From the human T2T-CHM13v2.0 reference genome, Homo sapiens, in NCBI RefSeq assembly GCF_009914755.1, contig NC_060939.1: DNA of 64,000 nucleotides. One strand, 5' to 3'. A program made the translations under genes and the position numbers. Below, piece by piece: positions 44,001-57,600 of the stretch. A model generated the notes under the pieces. It saw nothing but the letters and a program-made list of their open reading frames with translations. It did no database searches and was not told where the DNA came from. How positions within the stretch are numbered: position 1 is the first letter of the stretch; the number at the start of each line of letters is the position of its first letter.

Positions 44001-45110
44001 GGAACTAATAAGCAATATTAGCAAGGTTGTAGGATACAAGGCTAATGCATAAAATCAATTGCTTTCCTACATACCAACAATGACCAAGTGGAATGTAAAA
44101 TTAAAAACACATTGCCATTTACATTAGCATACAAAAATTAAATACTTAGGTATAAATATAGCAAAATATGTACGAGACCTACATGAGGAAAATTACAAAA
44201 CTTACAAATCTCTGATGAAAATCATCAAAGAAGTAAACAAATAGAGAGATATTCCATATACATGGATAGGAAGATCTGATATTGTCAATATGTCGGTTTT
44301 TCCCAGCTTTATAAACTTAATACAAACCCAATAATAGTCCCAGAAATTTATTTTGTGCATATTGACAAATTGATTTTAAAGTCTATATGTAGAGGCAACA
44401 GAACAGCCAACTCAACACTGAAGAAAAACAAAGTCAGAGGACTGTTACTACATGACTTCAAGACTTAACATAAAGCAACAGTAATTAAGACTGTGTGCTA
44501 CTGTTGAAAAAAATACACCAATGGAATAGAATAAAAAGCCCAGAAATAGACCACATTAAATAGCCAACTCATGTTTGTTTGAAAATTGAGCAAAAGCAAT
44601 TACATGGAGCAAGGATTGTGTTTTCAACAAATGGCGCTGGAACAACTAGACTCCCATAGGCACACACACAAAAAATTTACACAGGCTTTCCACCCTTCAC
44701 AAAAATTAACTCAAATTCAAAACTATAAAACTCCTAGCAGATAACATAGGAGAAAAATAAGGGTTGGGCAGTGGGGAGGAATGGATAAATAGGCAGAGTG
44801 CAGACAATTTTAGGCACTGAGACTATTCTGTAAGGTACTACAATGGTGGATGCATGTCATTGTACATTTGTCCAAAAGCACAGATTGTACAACACCAAGA
44901 GTGAACCCTAATGTAAATGATGAACGTTGGGGGGTAATGATGTGTCAATGTAGCTTCATCAGTTGTAACAGATGTACCACTCTGGTGTGAGATGTTAGCA
45001 GTGGGAGTGGTTGGGGAGGGTGAGGCAGGGGTTATGTGGGAAGTCTCTGTACCTTCCACCTAATGTTGCTTTGAATCTAAAACTTCTCTAAAAATAAATC
45101 ATATTAATTT
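41037..45110 (+). mobile_element. L1MC-type LINE-1 with 5'UTR, ORF1, partial ORF2 and 3'UTR; large internal deletions
   Basis: ORF1 C-terminus LSFKSEKEIKIFSDKQKL (42608-42793); ORF2 [16 protein letters not shown] near 43270; RT motif LSLFADDMIIYV near 43932-43967; L1MC1/2-like 3' end ACAACACCAAGAGTGAACCCTAATGTAAA. Confidence 0.92.
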
Positions 45111-45279
45111 ATTTAAAAGATAGATTTTCTTGCAAATCATTGGCAGTATTTCCTTTCAGATTATGTGTTTTCTCAAAGCACACATACTTATCAAACCACT
45201 GTCAAGCAACTTAAACTCTGGACTTGCCCCACCCTCTGCTGAAATTCTGAACACAAGTCCGTGCAGTTAATAAACATCG

Positions 45280-45440
45280 TATCCCCTGTTGAGAGAGCTC
45301 ACTGAGGTCCCAGCACAGAACTCAGCACTTTTACACAGGTTATCACATACGTTCCCACTACAACCCACAGAGAGAGATAAGTATTTTTACCTCCACGTGG
45401 AACATGGAGAAACTGAATTTCAGAAATGAAGTAACTTGCT
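45280..45440 (-). mobile_element. MIR SINE
   Basis: GGAGAAACTGAATTTCAGAAATGAAGTAACTTGC. Confidence 0.65.
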
Positions 45441-45516
45441 CTCCAATACATACAGTCTCAAACACACTACTATTGGGAGATCAAAACAAAACAATATGAA
45501 ACTAACCTCTGTAAAT

Positions 45517-45525
45517 GTGTGTGTG

Positions 45526-45558
<33 letters not shown>
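45517..45558. repeat. (TG)n microsatellite
   Basis: Directly visible. Confidence 0.95.
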
Positions 45559-45559
<1 letters not shown>

Positions 45560-47419
45560 GGGATGTAAGATAGAAGGCGATGAGTGTCTAGAGCAGTCTC
45601 AGTAACATGAGAATAATTCCTTACAAGTTAGATTTAGGAAGTGGCTGCAAGAAATTCAGTTTTGTGTTCAGGGAAAACCCCACGGAGGAATTTAGACACC
45701 ACTGGGGAAAAACTCTAAGAGACTAAAGACAGAGAGCACCAATAACTGGTGGGCAGTGGCTATTTGCATGCCTTTGTGGCTCCATCCTAAAAAACATAAC
45801 CATGTCAACAATCTTCAAAGAAATATCATCATAGAAATTTCAAGTTGGTACAGACCATCTTCACCAAAACCTTACACCCATCTCAGAATATCTGGAACAT
45901 GGTTTCTCCCCACTAAGCAGTCATAACCTTTACAAGATCGAAGACAAACATTTGTGTGTCAGCAACCCAAGAAGCCTGTCTTTGTCAGGATTACTCACAC
46001 TAGCTGCTGCGTCAAAAAAAAAAACAACCACATTTCTCACTGGCATAATAGGCCAATGGAAGCTGGGCAGCTCTCTTCCAAGCATGTGTCAGACCCCTTG
46101 TATCTTGTGGCTCAGACCACTAGTCTTCTTAATGTCTCCTGGATCCTTCACATTCAAAGAGTCTGCATCACACAAGACATTTTAGGGGCCAGGATGGAAA
46201 GTAGCAAAAATCACTTCTTCCCACATCATTGGTTCAAACTCATTGTACCAACCAATTCAGGTGAGGCCTTGGGAAAAGCAGTTTAGCTGTGTACCCAGGA
46301 AGGAAAGGAACCCCAGATATATGCATGCAAGCAGGTCGGTGAACAGTCTCTGTGATTCCTGGGGCTCCACCAAAGGAGGGAATGCCTGGAAAGGAGGAGG
46401 AGCCAGTGTGGAAGTAGTAAGGAAAGAGGAAAAAGACTCCATGAAACTCAGCCCAGCTCTGACATGGAATGACTTTGTGGTCTTGGCCTAGATATGGAAG
46501 CTCTTAAAGACTCAGTTTCTTATATGTGATATGAAGCTAAAAATAACTAGCTCATGGGTTATTATAAGGACTGATGGAAGCAATGCATGGAGGTGTGGCT
46601 TTAAATGATTCAAGAACGGATGCTGGACCCTTCCTCCAAGGAAGGTCTTTAGCGACATGACCCAGTAAGTGTGAGGGAGCTGAGGACCTCTGCTGGTAGG
46701 GGAGGTGTTTTTCAAGAGGTACCCAGCCTCAAATCTATTCCCTGCTCAAATTCAGAAGGGCCTGCTCAGCACACGGTCCCCATGCCCCAGCTCCGTAGCC
46801 TAGAGTAGCTGAGCAGAGCAAGCCCATCACAAAGGAGGAAAATAGCCTCTGGTCCGGCTTTGCCTGGATCCAAACGGTGACATCCTAAGGACAAGGAGAT
46901 CTGATGAGGTGGAACTCTAGTCCTTGCTGTCTAGACCTTTGGATATTTGCAGGAAGAGGGAAAGCACATATTTTTTTTTCTATTAATCCTAAAGGCATTG
47001 ATACCAGGATACCATGTGTTCAACTCAGAATCAATCCAGAGCACACAGAATGGACTGGGGCCCTGGAGGCAGACATGTGATAAGCTGAGGGTGACTGAGG
47101 AGTCCCAGAGGGGACCAAAATCCACATCCCTCAGCCACACATCATGGAAGGTGTCAACCCCTCCATCCTTCCCATGGCCAGGGCATGTGCTACAGATGGC
47201 CCAGCCCATTCTCTCAGGGGCCAGGAGAAAGACAAGTGGCTTCTTCCTCCTGGGAGGCCAGGGAAGCCTCACACAAAGCCCTCCCATGTGGCATCCCACT
47301 TCTTTTGGCTCTCTGCCTGAAATCAGAAAAAGAATTTGATTCTAAATCTAAACTTTACGGTTTGAAGCTTGATCATTTAGAATACTTGACAGCCAACCCT
47401 CCTCCTTCGCATCTGCCCA

Positions 47420-47815
47420 AGGAAATCAAGAAAGAGCCAGGTTCCCTCCAGCTGCTGACTGCACCATCCTTAGGACAGAAAATTTATCTCCATGATTACA
47501 AAATGGCGCCCAACCGTAGGCTCTGCATTGCTGTTCCAGGCAGAGAAAAGAAGGAGAGGGGAGGACTAAAGGAAAATGGAAAAAAGCACATGCTGGCTGA
47601 CCCTGTCCATTTTCATCAGAAAAAATCAACAACTTTCCATGAAGACCTACCCAGCAGACTTTCACTTAAATGTCTTTGGCTGAAACCATGTCACACAGCC
47701 ACGCTCACCAGCCAGACAGCCTGGGAAATAACATCCTTTGATCTCTATTTTGTCTCGCTGAAAAAAGTATTTGTCAATAAAGAAAAGTGAGGAATAGCCA
47801 TTAGGTATTGCCCAA
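47420..47815 (-). mobile_element. MaLR LTR, MLT1J/K-like
   Basis: CCAGGTTCCCTCCAGC...ACCATCCTTAG...CAAAATGGCG...CCCAGCAGACTTTCACTTAAATGTCTTTGGCTGAAAC. Confidence 0.65.
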
Positions 47816-49154
47816 AAAGCCAACAAAGCTTCGCTTGGGGGAAAAACTGAAACCTAGAGTTGGGACTAAAGTGGCTACAATGCCCTGTTTAAGTGACCCC
47901 TTTTGACAGTTCATTTCCATCACACACCCAAATGCCTGGAACAAGACCAGAGACAGAGCATCAATTTGACTCACTCAAATAACTCCAAATGTGTGCATTT
48001 CCACATAATTACTGATTTCCTCAACAGATTCAATGTCTAAGTTTATCTTCACTTTAATCCAATTTCATGCCTGGAGCAGAGGGATTCCAGCAGAAGGTCT
48101 TTCTTAACCTTCTGATATCATTAATTATTACTACATTGGGAGTTACTGCACAGAACAAGCAGGTTTTTAAATAGAAATCATTTGTCTCTCAGCAGGGAGA
48201 CTCAATGGCTTTATTTCCGAACATTCAAACTGCTGCACTTGAGTAATCAGGTTTCATGGTGATCTCCCCATGCTCACCTCCAAGCAGAATAAATCCTTCC
48301 TCTTAGTTCCCAGACCAGCCCAATTTGCCACCTGTAGCAGGAGGCGTCCATTTCCTCCTTTAATTGTTGAGTAGGTTTTTCTAGAAGGAAAGGCCAGCCT
48401 CTCCCTGAGTTCTGGGCATTTGGTCATGCTTCCTGGTGATTTTCTGCTAAAGGAAATCCCCTAACTCATTAAAAAATAATAATAATAGATTAATTGACCA
48501 GTTCAGTAACAAGTCGCTCCAGGACCCAATAAACTTTGCAAAGAGTACATTCCAATTACAACTGGGCTCAGCGGGAGCCCAGTGGGTAAGCCAGCATAAT
48601 CTTTCTCCAGCACACAGGAATTTTTGTGTTTTCTTCTCCATTCATGCCACTCTTCTGCTTCAGTGTGGGCGTGGGGTCCATCTGCAGCCCCTATTCTGTC
48701 AATTTCTTGCCACTAAGACTCTAGTGACTCTTGTGACCCAAGGTTCCAGTGAATGACTTTGTCAAACCAACATGGTCTCATGAAGGGTTACTGCGGGCTC
48801 GGGTTTGCAGAAGCCTTGCAATGGGGCATTCGGGCCAAGTAGAGACAAACATCTGGGAATCTGTGAGTGTTTTGGTGGGTGGTGCAGCTGCAGCTTGCCC
48901 TCAACGGGGTGAGAAGGTCAGCAGGAAGCAGGGACTTCGGTAACTAGCCCGATTGCAAAAGCAGGCAGAAGAATTGTGGCCAAGTCTCAGATAATGAGCC
49001 TGCTGAGAGGTAGAGGATGCTTCTTGATGGGGCTACTCCCTCCAGGACAAGCTACACCATCATTTTGAAACCTTGACACCATAAAAATAATCCGCCTGAA
49101 AGGGCACCAGAGTGCAAAGCAACTCAACAAATGTTTATTGGGCACCTCTCACGT

Positions 49155-49417
49155 GAGATGATGGATATGTTAACGTGTTTAATCATTTATATATATAATG
49201 ACATCATGTTGTAAACATTTAATTATGCAGTACAATTCATTTTAAAAAATAATAAAGAAAGAAGGGAAAGAGAAAGATGGAAGGGAGGAAGGAAGGAAAG
49301 AAGGAAGGACAAGAAGGAGGGAGGGAGAGAGGGAGGCAAGAATGAGAGAAAGAAGGAAGGAAGGAAGGAAAAAAAGAAAGAAAGAGAGAGAGAAAGAAAG
49401 AGAGAGAAAAAAAAAGA
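49155..49417 (+). mobile_element. L1MA-like extreme 3' end whose tail became a GA-rich tract
   Basis: GAGATGATGGATATGTTAA...ACATCATGTTGTA then GA-rich 49255-49417. Confidence 0.65.
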
Positions 49418-49471
49418 AATGACCTCTTATGTGTCAGCTCTGACCCAGAACTCATGGGCTGCAAAAATCTA

Positions 49472-49797
<326 letters not shown>

Positions 49798-50280
49798 ACT
49801 AAGCCAAGGTCCTTTGCCTTTCTCAATCCCTCTGAAATGTCTCTGCAAATAAAATATGATCTAGAAATTAAAGGTACAGCTATAACATTCTAAACTCAGC
49901 CTCTCTTTTCTTGGCCCTCTTCCCCTCATCTTTTTTTCTCATTTCAACTTCCCCTCACCAGTGTCACTTTTTTATGTAGGCTAAAAGAAGAGCCAGCCCC
50001 AGCAACGAAGGAAGGACATGGCTTGTTTCTCACATAAGAAAAGGCAAAGCAAACATCCTAGTCCTGGGCAGGGCAACCCCGTGCCCAATGAGTCTATGCA
50101 AAGACTTGGCTGCGGGGCACTCCCGCTTCTAGAAACCAACAGCTTTGAGACCTTCAGTGACCCCTAGCTATACATCTCCACCCCGTTCCTTGCTGTAGAT
50201 CACAAGCTTCTCAAGGGCATGAATCAAGTCTCATGGACCTCGATAGTTGTAGTGACTACCAGAAGCTACTAGGTACAGAA

Positions 50281-50470
50281 TCGGGGTTTCTAAACCTCAC
50301 ACTGTTGACATCTGGGGCCAGATAATTCTGTCTGGTAGGGCCTGTCTGGGGCACTGTAGTACCTTCAGTAGCATCGCTGGCCTCGACCCAACAGATGCCA
50401 GTAGCACCTCCAATCTCCTTGTGACAACCAAAACGGTCTCCCGACATTTTGTCTGGTTGGAAAGCCACTG
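50281..50470 (+). mobile_element. MER20 DNA transposon fossil inside an L2 end
   Basis: CACTGTTGACATCTGGGGCCAGATAATTCT...GATGCCAGTAGCACC...GTGACAACCAAAA. Confidence 0.88.
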
Positions 50471-52204
50471 AACAAAATACATGTTTGTTAAATGAAATAC
50501 ATAGATGGCCACTGTCCTGTCCAAGCGTTTAGCTGCACTGATGTTGCTTTTGAATTCTAACTTCCAGTATTATTTCTCAGACCTGTTTAACCTCACAATC
50601 TTTGTAGAAGTGAGACCTCAGGGTCGAGGGGTACAATGACAGGGAGGGTGATCTATCTCTACGGGGCAGGATCACAGTATATTAAACAGGCTCTTGGGCA
50701 GTTAGTGAAGTTTCCCCAGTGTCAATGCTATGGCTGGCTATGAGCTGCTTATCACAGATGGGTTCAGCAGTCAGCAAAGCGCCTCACGACCCCACTGGAA
50801 ATCCCTCAGGTCAGTCTACAGTGCCGAGCTCAACTTGCAAGTGTTTTCATGATCTCAACTCCAAGGTCACAGCGTGCCCCAAGCCTGCTGTATCCTTCCT
50901 CCTCTGCCCTCTCCTCCTCTGGCTCATGGCTGCTCCTTCTGCCTGGACAGCCTTGGCCCCTTCCTTGCCTCCCTGCAGGACGTTATCTGAGGGTTCTGCT
51001 CTGGGCTCCGAATTCACAACCCTCCTCAAGCAGGGTGAATAATTCTCTCCCTCAAACGCCATCTGCCCCATCCCTGCAAATGCCAGGAGGGAGGACATTG
51101 CTCTGCCCTGACACTGAGCCAGGAACCCGACAGGCACTCCATGGGTGTTTGAGAAGGACTTCACTCATGGGTCAAAGCCTGAATCATTATCGCCGTGCCT
51201 TCATCCATCCCGTGTTGTGCTAAGTGGTCAACTCCCTCTACACTTGGGCAGTAACACAAAGTTAACTCAGGAGCTATACTTATCAAAATAGTTTTTTTTT
51301 TTGACATCATTTGGGAAAAGAAAACAAACTCGTTGATGAAACTCGATTTGGGGATTTTTCTACTGATTATCTGAGCACTGTGAGTACATCATCACAATTC
51401 TTGTTTCTTGGAACCTTACAGTAGCATTCTAAGCATGCCACAAATATTCAAAAATTACACACAGCAGTGGGAGGTGTTTTAAAAAAACACATTAGTAAAA
51501 TTGGATCTACTGCACCAAGTGTTAGCGATGGTTTAAAATATTAATGCATGTTGGATGCCAAGTTATTTTGAAGGCTCAACCAGATTTCTATTTGGCAGGA
51601 ACAATTTCGCATAGACAATTAGATACACGTGCAAATATTTAACTATAAGTTAATGCCTACACCACTGAAATACAGAGGTTCATCTACTAGCCACCTGGTT
51701 GGCAGAGACAATTAAGGATTTGTCCATATTACAGATAAATCCTCCCCACCTTTCAGCATTTTGGAAATACAAATAATTGGGGAAATTGTAGGGGGAGGGC
51801 AAGAAGGAACGAAAGATACTTGTGAATTCTAAATTCTCAATGGAGCCCGAAGTACTGGAAATACGCCAGCTGTATACACTTATCTATATATCACATTTGA
51901 TGTCTCCTAAGAGATCATGAATTGCTAAGTTGGCTAAACACACTCAAAGTCATTTTTCAGTTTGGGTGGATTTTTAACAATTGCACATTTCATATAAGAC
52001 ATGAACATTTTCAAAAAAAAATTATATCAAAGATCAAGTTTCATCGTATATGCTAAGTGGTAAGTGCTAATGTGTGCATAAATACACACATACATGTAGA
52101 TGCATACACTGAAAATATATCTATGGAAATCTGTAAAGAAGCCAGAATTTTCTCATCTTTGACTTTGTCATTTGTCTGGAAGAACCAAATGACAGGAAAT
52201 TCAT

Positions 52205-52385
52205 CATAGCATACAGGGGTGAGAGCTGGACTTGGAATCCAAAAGTAGGATCAAGCCTGACTATTTTGTTTACTAGTTTGTCACCCTCAACAAGTTAACT
52301 CCCCTGAGCTTCAGTTTCCTCAGTGGCAAAATAGAGAAAACAATATCTGTCTTACGAGGTTGTAGTGAGAATTGAAGTAGAAGAG
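52205..52385 (+). mobile_element. MIR SINE
   Basis: CTGAGCTTCAGTTTCCTCA...GGTTGTAGTGAGAATTGAA. Confidence 0.8.
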
Positions 52386-52798
52386 CCAAATGCCCACTTT
52401 CTTTGTTTGCAAAAGAGAGAAAGCCAGCTCTCCAATCTGCCCTTGGCAAGGCCTCTGGTTTGCTGAGAGGCACTGCTTACAGTGCAGAGAGGTTTCTCCT
52501 GTTTTCCTAGAGCACACTGCTGGAGTGGTCGTTGAAAGCCATTCATGTCTCCTGAGACATTTCTGAATTAATATAACATTTTATTCCAAATTAGACTGAC
52601 AATGGATGAATGCTTTGACCCCACATGATACAGAGGGAGACTGGACCCAGTAACATGAACTACTGTCGTCTTAAGTTGTAGGCATTCCAGCAATTCCAGG
52701 AACCAACATTTTTCAAGAAAGGTAGAGCATATTTTAGCAATGATACCCGGATTTTATAATTCTTGCTTTTAAATATATCCATCCCCCCAAATTCCCTA

Positions 52799-53210
<412 letters not shown>

Positions 53211-53449
53211 CTATATGCCTTGCAAAAACACCAATCCCAATACTAGAATGTACCTGATGTTTTTACTGGTTGCTCAGGCATTTTGTAAATGACAATTTGA
53301 TCCTCAATAATTTCAACATAGACATCCGTTAGTATCGTCACACTGAGAACCCAGGATTTCACATCATTTTTGTTTCACCGCCAGCAATAGACCAGGCAAA
53401 CACAGTCCACGTTCACACCCTCTATTCTTTGTAGCTCAGTTTCCCTTGG

Positions 53450-53620
53450 AAAGCAGAATGGTGTCGGTGGAAGAACAAAAACTCTGTCATTAAATGAGCC
53501 CAGCCTGGCTGGCTGCTGACCACATGACTCTGGACAGTCACTGACCCCTTCAGAGCCTCCATCTCCTCATACATAAAATGCAGTCATGATTCCTATGACT
53601 CAGGATCATTGCGCCCCACT
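53450..53620 (+). mobile_element. MIR SINE
   Basis: CAGAGCCTCCATCTCCTCATACATAAAATG. Confidence 0.6.
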
Positions 53621-53939
53621 GTGTGCTGAGTTCCCCAGATGTCCAGTGCCTCACAAGAACAAAGCGCTAAGCCCTTCCCTTTGCACAAATAAAATGCCAA
53701 ACACAATGTTCCAACCTCCTCCCTTGCTGTCATTACAGACATTGGATCATTTTTCTGGTGAACAAAAATTTTCTTCGGAATTTTCTCCTAATGTAGTAAT
53801 GAGTGGTCCTTAATAATTCAGGAAACCGTGAAAGACTTCTGGTGATATCCTCACCTGGTGCCTCATAATATGACAACACTTGGTAGCTGAGCTGATGCAG
53901 CAAGTCGATTACTAACTTCTCTTTAAAGTGTGCAATTCT

Positions 53940-54315
53940 TTAACTTTTTACTGGGAAATAATTATGTACTCACAGAAAATTGCAAAAATACTGAGTCTGT
54001 GCACTCACCTATAGAACAGAACTATTATTAACAGTGGTCTCCTATAGAAAAGTGGCCCAATATCAAAACCAGGGAACTGACTTTGGTACAATACTAATAA
54101 TTAGATGACAGGCCTTATTCACTTTTCACCAGTTTTTACATTCTTTCAGTGTTTGTGTTTGCGTGCGTGTGTGTGTGAGTGTGTGTGTGTGCACGCATGT
54201 CTAAGCAATCTGACCCCATGAATAAATTCCTATAACAACCACCACCATTAGGACACAGAACATTCCATTTCTACGTAGGAATTCCCTAATGCAACTCTCG
54301 ACAGTCACACCCCAA
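53940..54315 (-). mobile_element. L1MD/MC-like 3' end
   Basis: TATCAAAACCAGGGAACTGACTTTGGTACAAT...ACCACCACCATTAGGACACAGAACATTCCAT. Confidence 0.7.
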
Positions 54316-54324
54316 ATTGATTGT

Positions 54325-54730
54325 GGCTCATAGCAGCATTATTCACAATAGACAGAAGCAAAAACAAACCAAATGTCCATTGGCAGATGAATGGGTAAGC
54401 AAAATGTGGTATGTGCATACAGTGAAATATTAATCCTTAAAAAGGAAGGAAATTCTAACACATGCTATAACACGGAGGCACCTTGAGTAGTTAGATTCAT
54501 AGAAACAGAAAGTAGAATGGTAGTTGCCAGGGACTGAGGGGGTAGAAAATGAGGAGTTCTTAATGGAAATAGAGTTTCAATTTTGCAAGATGAAAAAATT
54601 TTGGAGACGGCTGTTGGTGGTGATGGTTGCACAACAGTGTGAATATACTTAATGCCACTGAACTGTATATTTACAAACGATTGAAATAGTAAATTTTGTG
54701 TTATTTTACCACAACTAAAAGTAAAAAGTA
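54325..54730 (+). mobile_element. L1MB-like 3' end
   Basis: CATAGCAGCATTATTCACAATAG...AGAAAGTAGAATGGTAGTTGCCAGGG...GGTGATGGTTGCACAACA. Confidence 0.88.
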
Positions 54731-54796
54731 ATTCGATTGTGATTATATGGCCTGCAGGCTCTCCCGGTGAACCTTGGTGCCGTAATGAAGAGGAGA

Positions 54797-55035
54797 AAGT
54801 ATAGCATGTGGTTAAACACACAGCCCCTGGAATCAGGAAGACCTGGGTTCAAATCCCATCCTGGAATGTTTACTACCTGTGTGGCTTCCACCAGGCACTT
54901 AACCATTCTGTGCCTCCATTTCCCCCTCTGAAAATGGAAATAATTATAGAACATACCTCCTGGGGCTTTTATGAAGATTAAATAAGGTGATGCTTTTGAA
55001 AGGTGCCTGGCCTGTGTTTTCCACTCAGTGAATGA
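54797..55035 (+). mobile_element. MIR SINE, near full length
   Basis: GTGGTTAAAC...GACCTGGGTTCAAATCCC...CTGTGCCTCCATTTCC. Confidence 0.88.
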
Positions 55036-55334
55036 AAGACCTTGGCTATAAAGGCCACTGCCCCCTTCCTGGGTATCCCGAGACTTCCTTGCCAGATTGG
55101 ACCTGCAGGGGTGGGGTGGGTGTTCTGAAAGGGATTGAGATAAGGTTCCCAGGTCAACCTCTTCCCATTGAATGACCTGTGAACCCCAACTCACCCCAAG
55201 CATGCTCCAACTACTCACCCACCCCACTGCAGTTTTATCCTATTTCTACTGATTTTAAGTCAAAACAGTATTGTGGGGCTTTTTTTGTTTCAGTCCTAAG
55301 TCCCACTTGCCCTGCATTGGTAGCTTTAAAAATG

Positions 55335-55645
55335 TGAGAGGTCAAAGAAAATATAGGCCAATGAAAATAACATTGCAGCAAGAAATTAATTGCACAGTCT
55401 GTTTAATATGACAGGGGATTCCCTAAAATCCTATTATACCGTTCCCGGCTTCCCTCCATCGTGCGCTCTGATTCTGTGCACAAAGGCCAGGGCAGCCTCC
55501 CCGGTGCATTGCTGCATTAATTTGACATTTCTGGCTCCAATTAACCTTACATTTCAGCTATTTTCTAAAGATTGTTCTTTTAATTTGTGATAAGGTTATT
55601 TTTTTTTTCTATTGGTGTTTCACTGCCTTGTGCACAAAGGGCTCT
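55335..55645. promoter_or_regulatory. Candidate enhancer (motif-dense unique sequence)
   Basis: TAAT clusters, TGACAG, GGGGATTCCC, TGATAA, ATTGTT, duplicated TGTGCACAAAGG, retained CpGs; function inferred only. Confidence 0.35.
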
Positions 55646-55869
55646 TGTAGGAAATCCGGCCCAGTGTCTCCATGTTTCAAAGCAACACATTGTCCTTTTT
55701 ACTTTGCCTATTCGTTAGCAGAAGACTTGGGTAAGAGACAGTTTCCTGTGATGTTAGCATGGGATAGGTTACAATTCCAGGAGAGCTGGGTAGAGTTGCC
55801 CTGTGTTGGCACAGTGGGTGTTGTGAGCTAGTAGCCTCTACTCCAAGGCAACAGCAAGGAAATGAAAGT

Positions 55870-56000
55870 GTAGAAAGGACATGGGATTCTGACTCAGTAG
55901 ATCTGGATTCAAACCCACCTGCGTCTCTTGTCAGCTGTGCTAATGTGAGCAACTTGGCTGATACGTGGAGTCTCAGTGTCCTCATCTGCCAGATGGGGCA
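55870..56000 (+). mobile_element. MIR SINE
   Basis: GATCTGGATTCAAACCC...GAGTCTCAGTGTCCTCATCTG. Confidence 0.7.
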
Positions 56001-56118
56001 AGGCCACCTCCCTCCGTGGAGTGAAATAAGAGATAAGCAGAAAAGTGCTCTTCTCAGAAGAGATTTTCAGGAACCTGTTCTCTGTTTGCCTCTCCTATTG
56101 TCACACACAGTTCTAAAG

Positions 56119-56338
56119 CAGGAGCCAGCAAACAACGGCCCACAGGCCAAATGAGCCCACTGCCTAGTTTTGTAAATAAAGTTTTATTGGAACACAGCCA
56201 TGATCATTCATTTATTGTCTACGGCGGCCCTCAGACTACAAGGGCAAAGTTGAGAAGTTGTGACAGAGACATTATGGCCCTCAAAAACGTAAAATATTTA
56301 AAACCTGGCCCTATACAGGCAAAATTTGCCCACGTCTG
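56119..56338 (+). mobile_element. MER58A hAT DNA transposon fossil
   Basis: TTTTGTAAATAAAGTTTTATTGGAACACAGCCA; 8-bp TSD TTCTAAAG / TTCTACAG. Confidence 0.9.
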
Positions 56339-56623
56339 TTCTACAGGAAGGAAGGAGAATGGGGGGCCATGGGTCTTGGTACCATGGTACCCCTTCTTTA
56401 CCCCTGTGGCCTAGCTTTGGTGGTGGTTGAATCCTAGAAGATTTGAGGACTAGGGAAGATGCCTGTGAGTCTCTGCCATCTCTGCTGTACCTCAGCCTCA
56501 AAACAGGGCTTCAGCTGATACTGTGGATAATGCCTCCCACTCAACTGGGGACACTAGTATATACAATTTTTTATTTCAATAATTTATTTTCTGAGCTATC
56601 CTAACTCTTAAAAATTATCTTCC

Positions 56624-56996
<373 letters not shown>

Positions 56997-57214
56997 CTAT
57001 AAGACATGTTGAGGCTGGGGGCCTTTCTCCAACTCCCCTCTATATAAACTGCTACCTTTTAGCACAAAGGGAAAGATGCTGTGCTATTAGAACACTTAGG
57101 GGGAAACAAACATGAACCAGACATGAGTCCTTTTCTCCTTCATGCCTACACTCTAGTTGGAAATATATACGTAAAATAAACTTGCGGGACAAAATACCAC
57201 ACGGGCGTCAAATG

Positions 57215-57600
57215 AGTCTCACTACTCAATGTGGGGTCCAGGGACCAGCAGCATCAAGGGGACCTGGGGGCTGGCTAGAAGTGAAGAATCACAGGCTCAC
57301 ACAGACCTGCTAAATGAGAATCTTCATTTTAACAAGAAGCCCAGGAGACTGATGAGCAGGTATATCAGGTGCTTCCTCTGGGAACAAGTGGACAGCTGGA
57401 GCCAGAAGTGCAGGAGATTTATAAAGGGGAGAGGGAACAGGAGCAGGAAGGGGGCCTTCAGCTCAGGATGCAGATCTGAGATGCAGGAAAGAGAAGGGAA
57501 GGAAGGAGAACTGGAAAGGAAAAGCCTCTCACATTGGGGTACAGCTCTGAGAAAGTCACCACCGGCCCAGGGAAGGTTCAAACAAATTTGAGTATGCTGA
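57215..57600. mobile_element. MER5A-like element interrupted by an LTR16B-like fragment (about 57360-57580, minus)
   Basis: GGGACCAGCAGCATCA...CATTTTAACAAGA...; insert GGATGCAGATCTGA...CAGCTCTGAGAAAGTC. Confidence 0.6.

Noticed and set aside
47185-47790. 201-aa ORF (+)
   Set aside because: Mostly antisense MLT1J/K sequence, non-ATG start, no domain similarity
54715-55227. 170-aa ORF (-)
   Set aside because: Runs through a MIR; typical MIR antisense peptide
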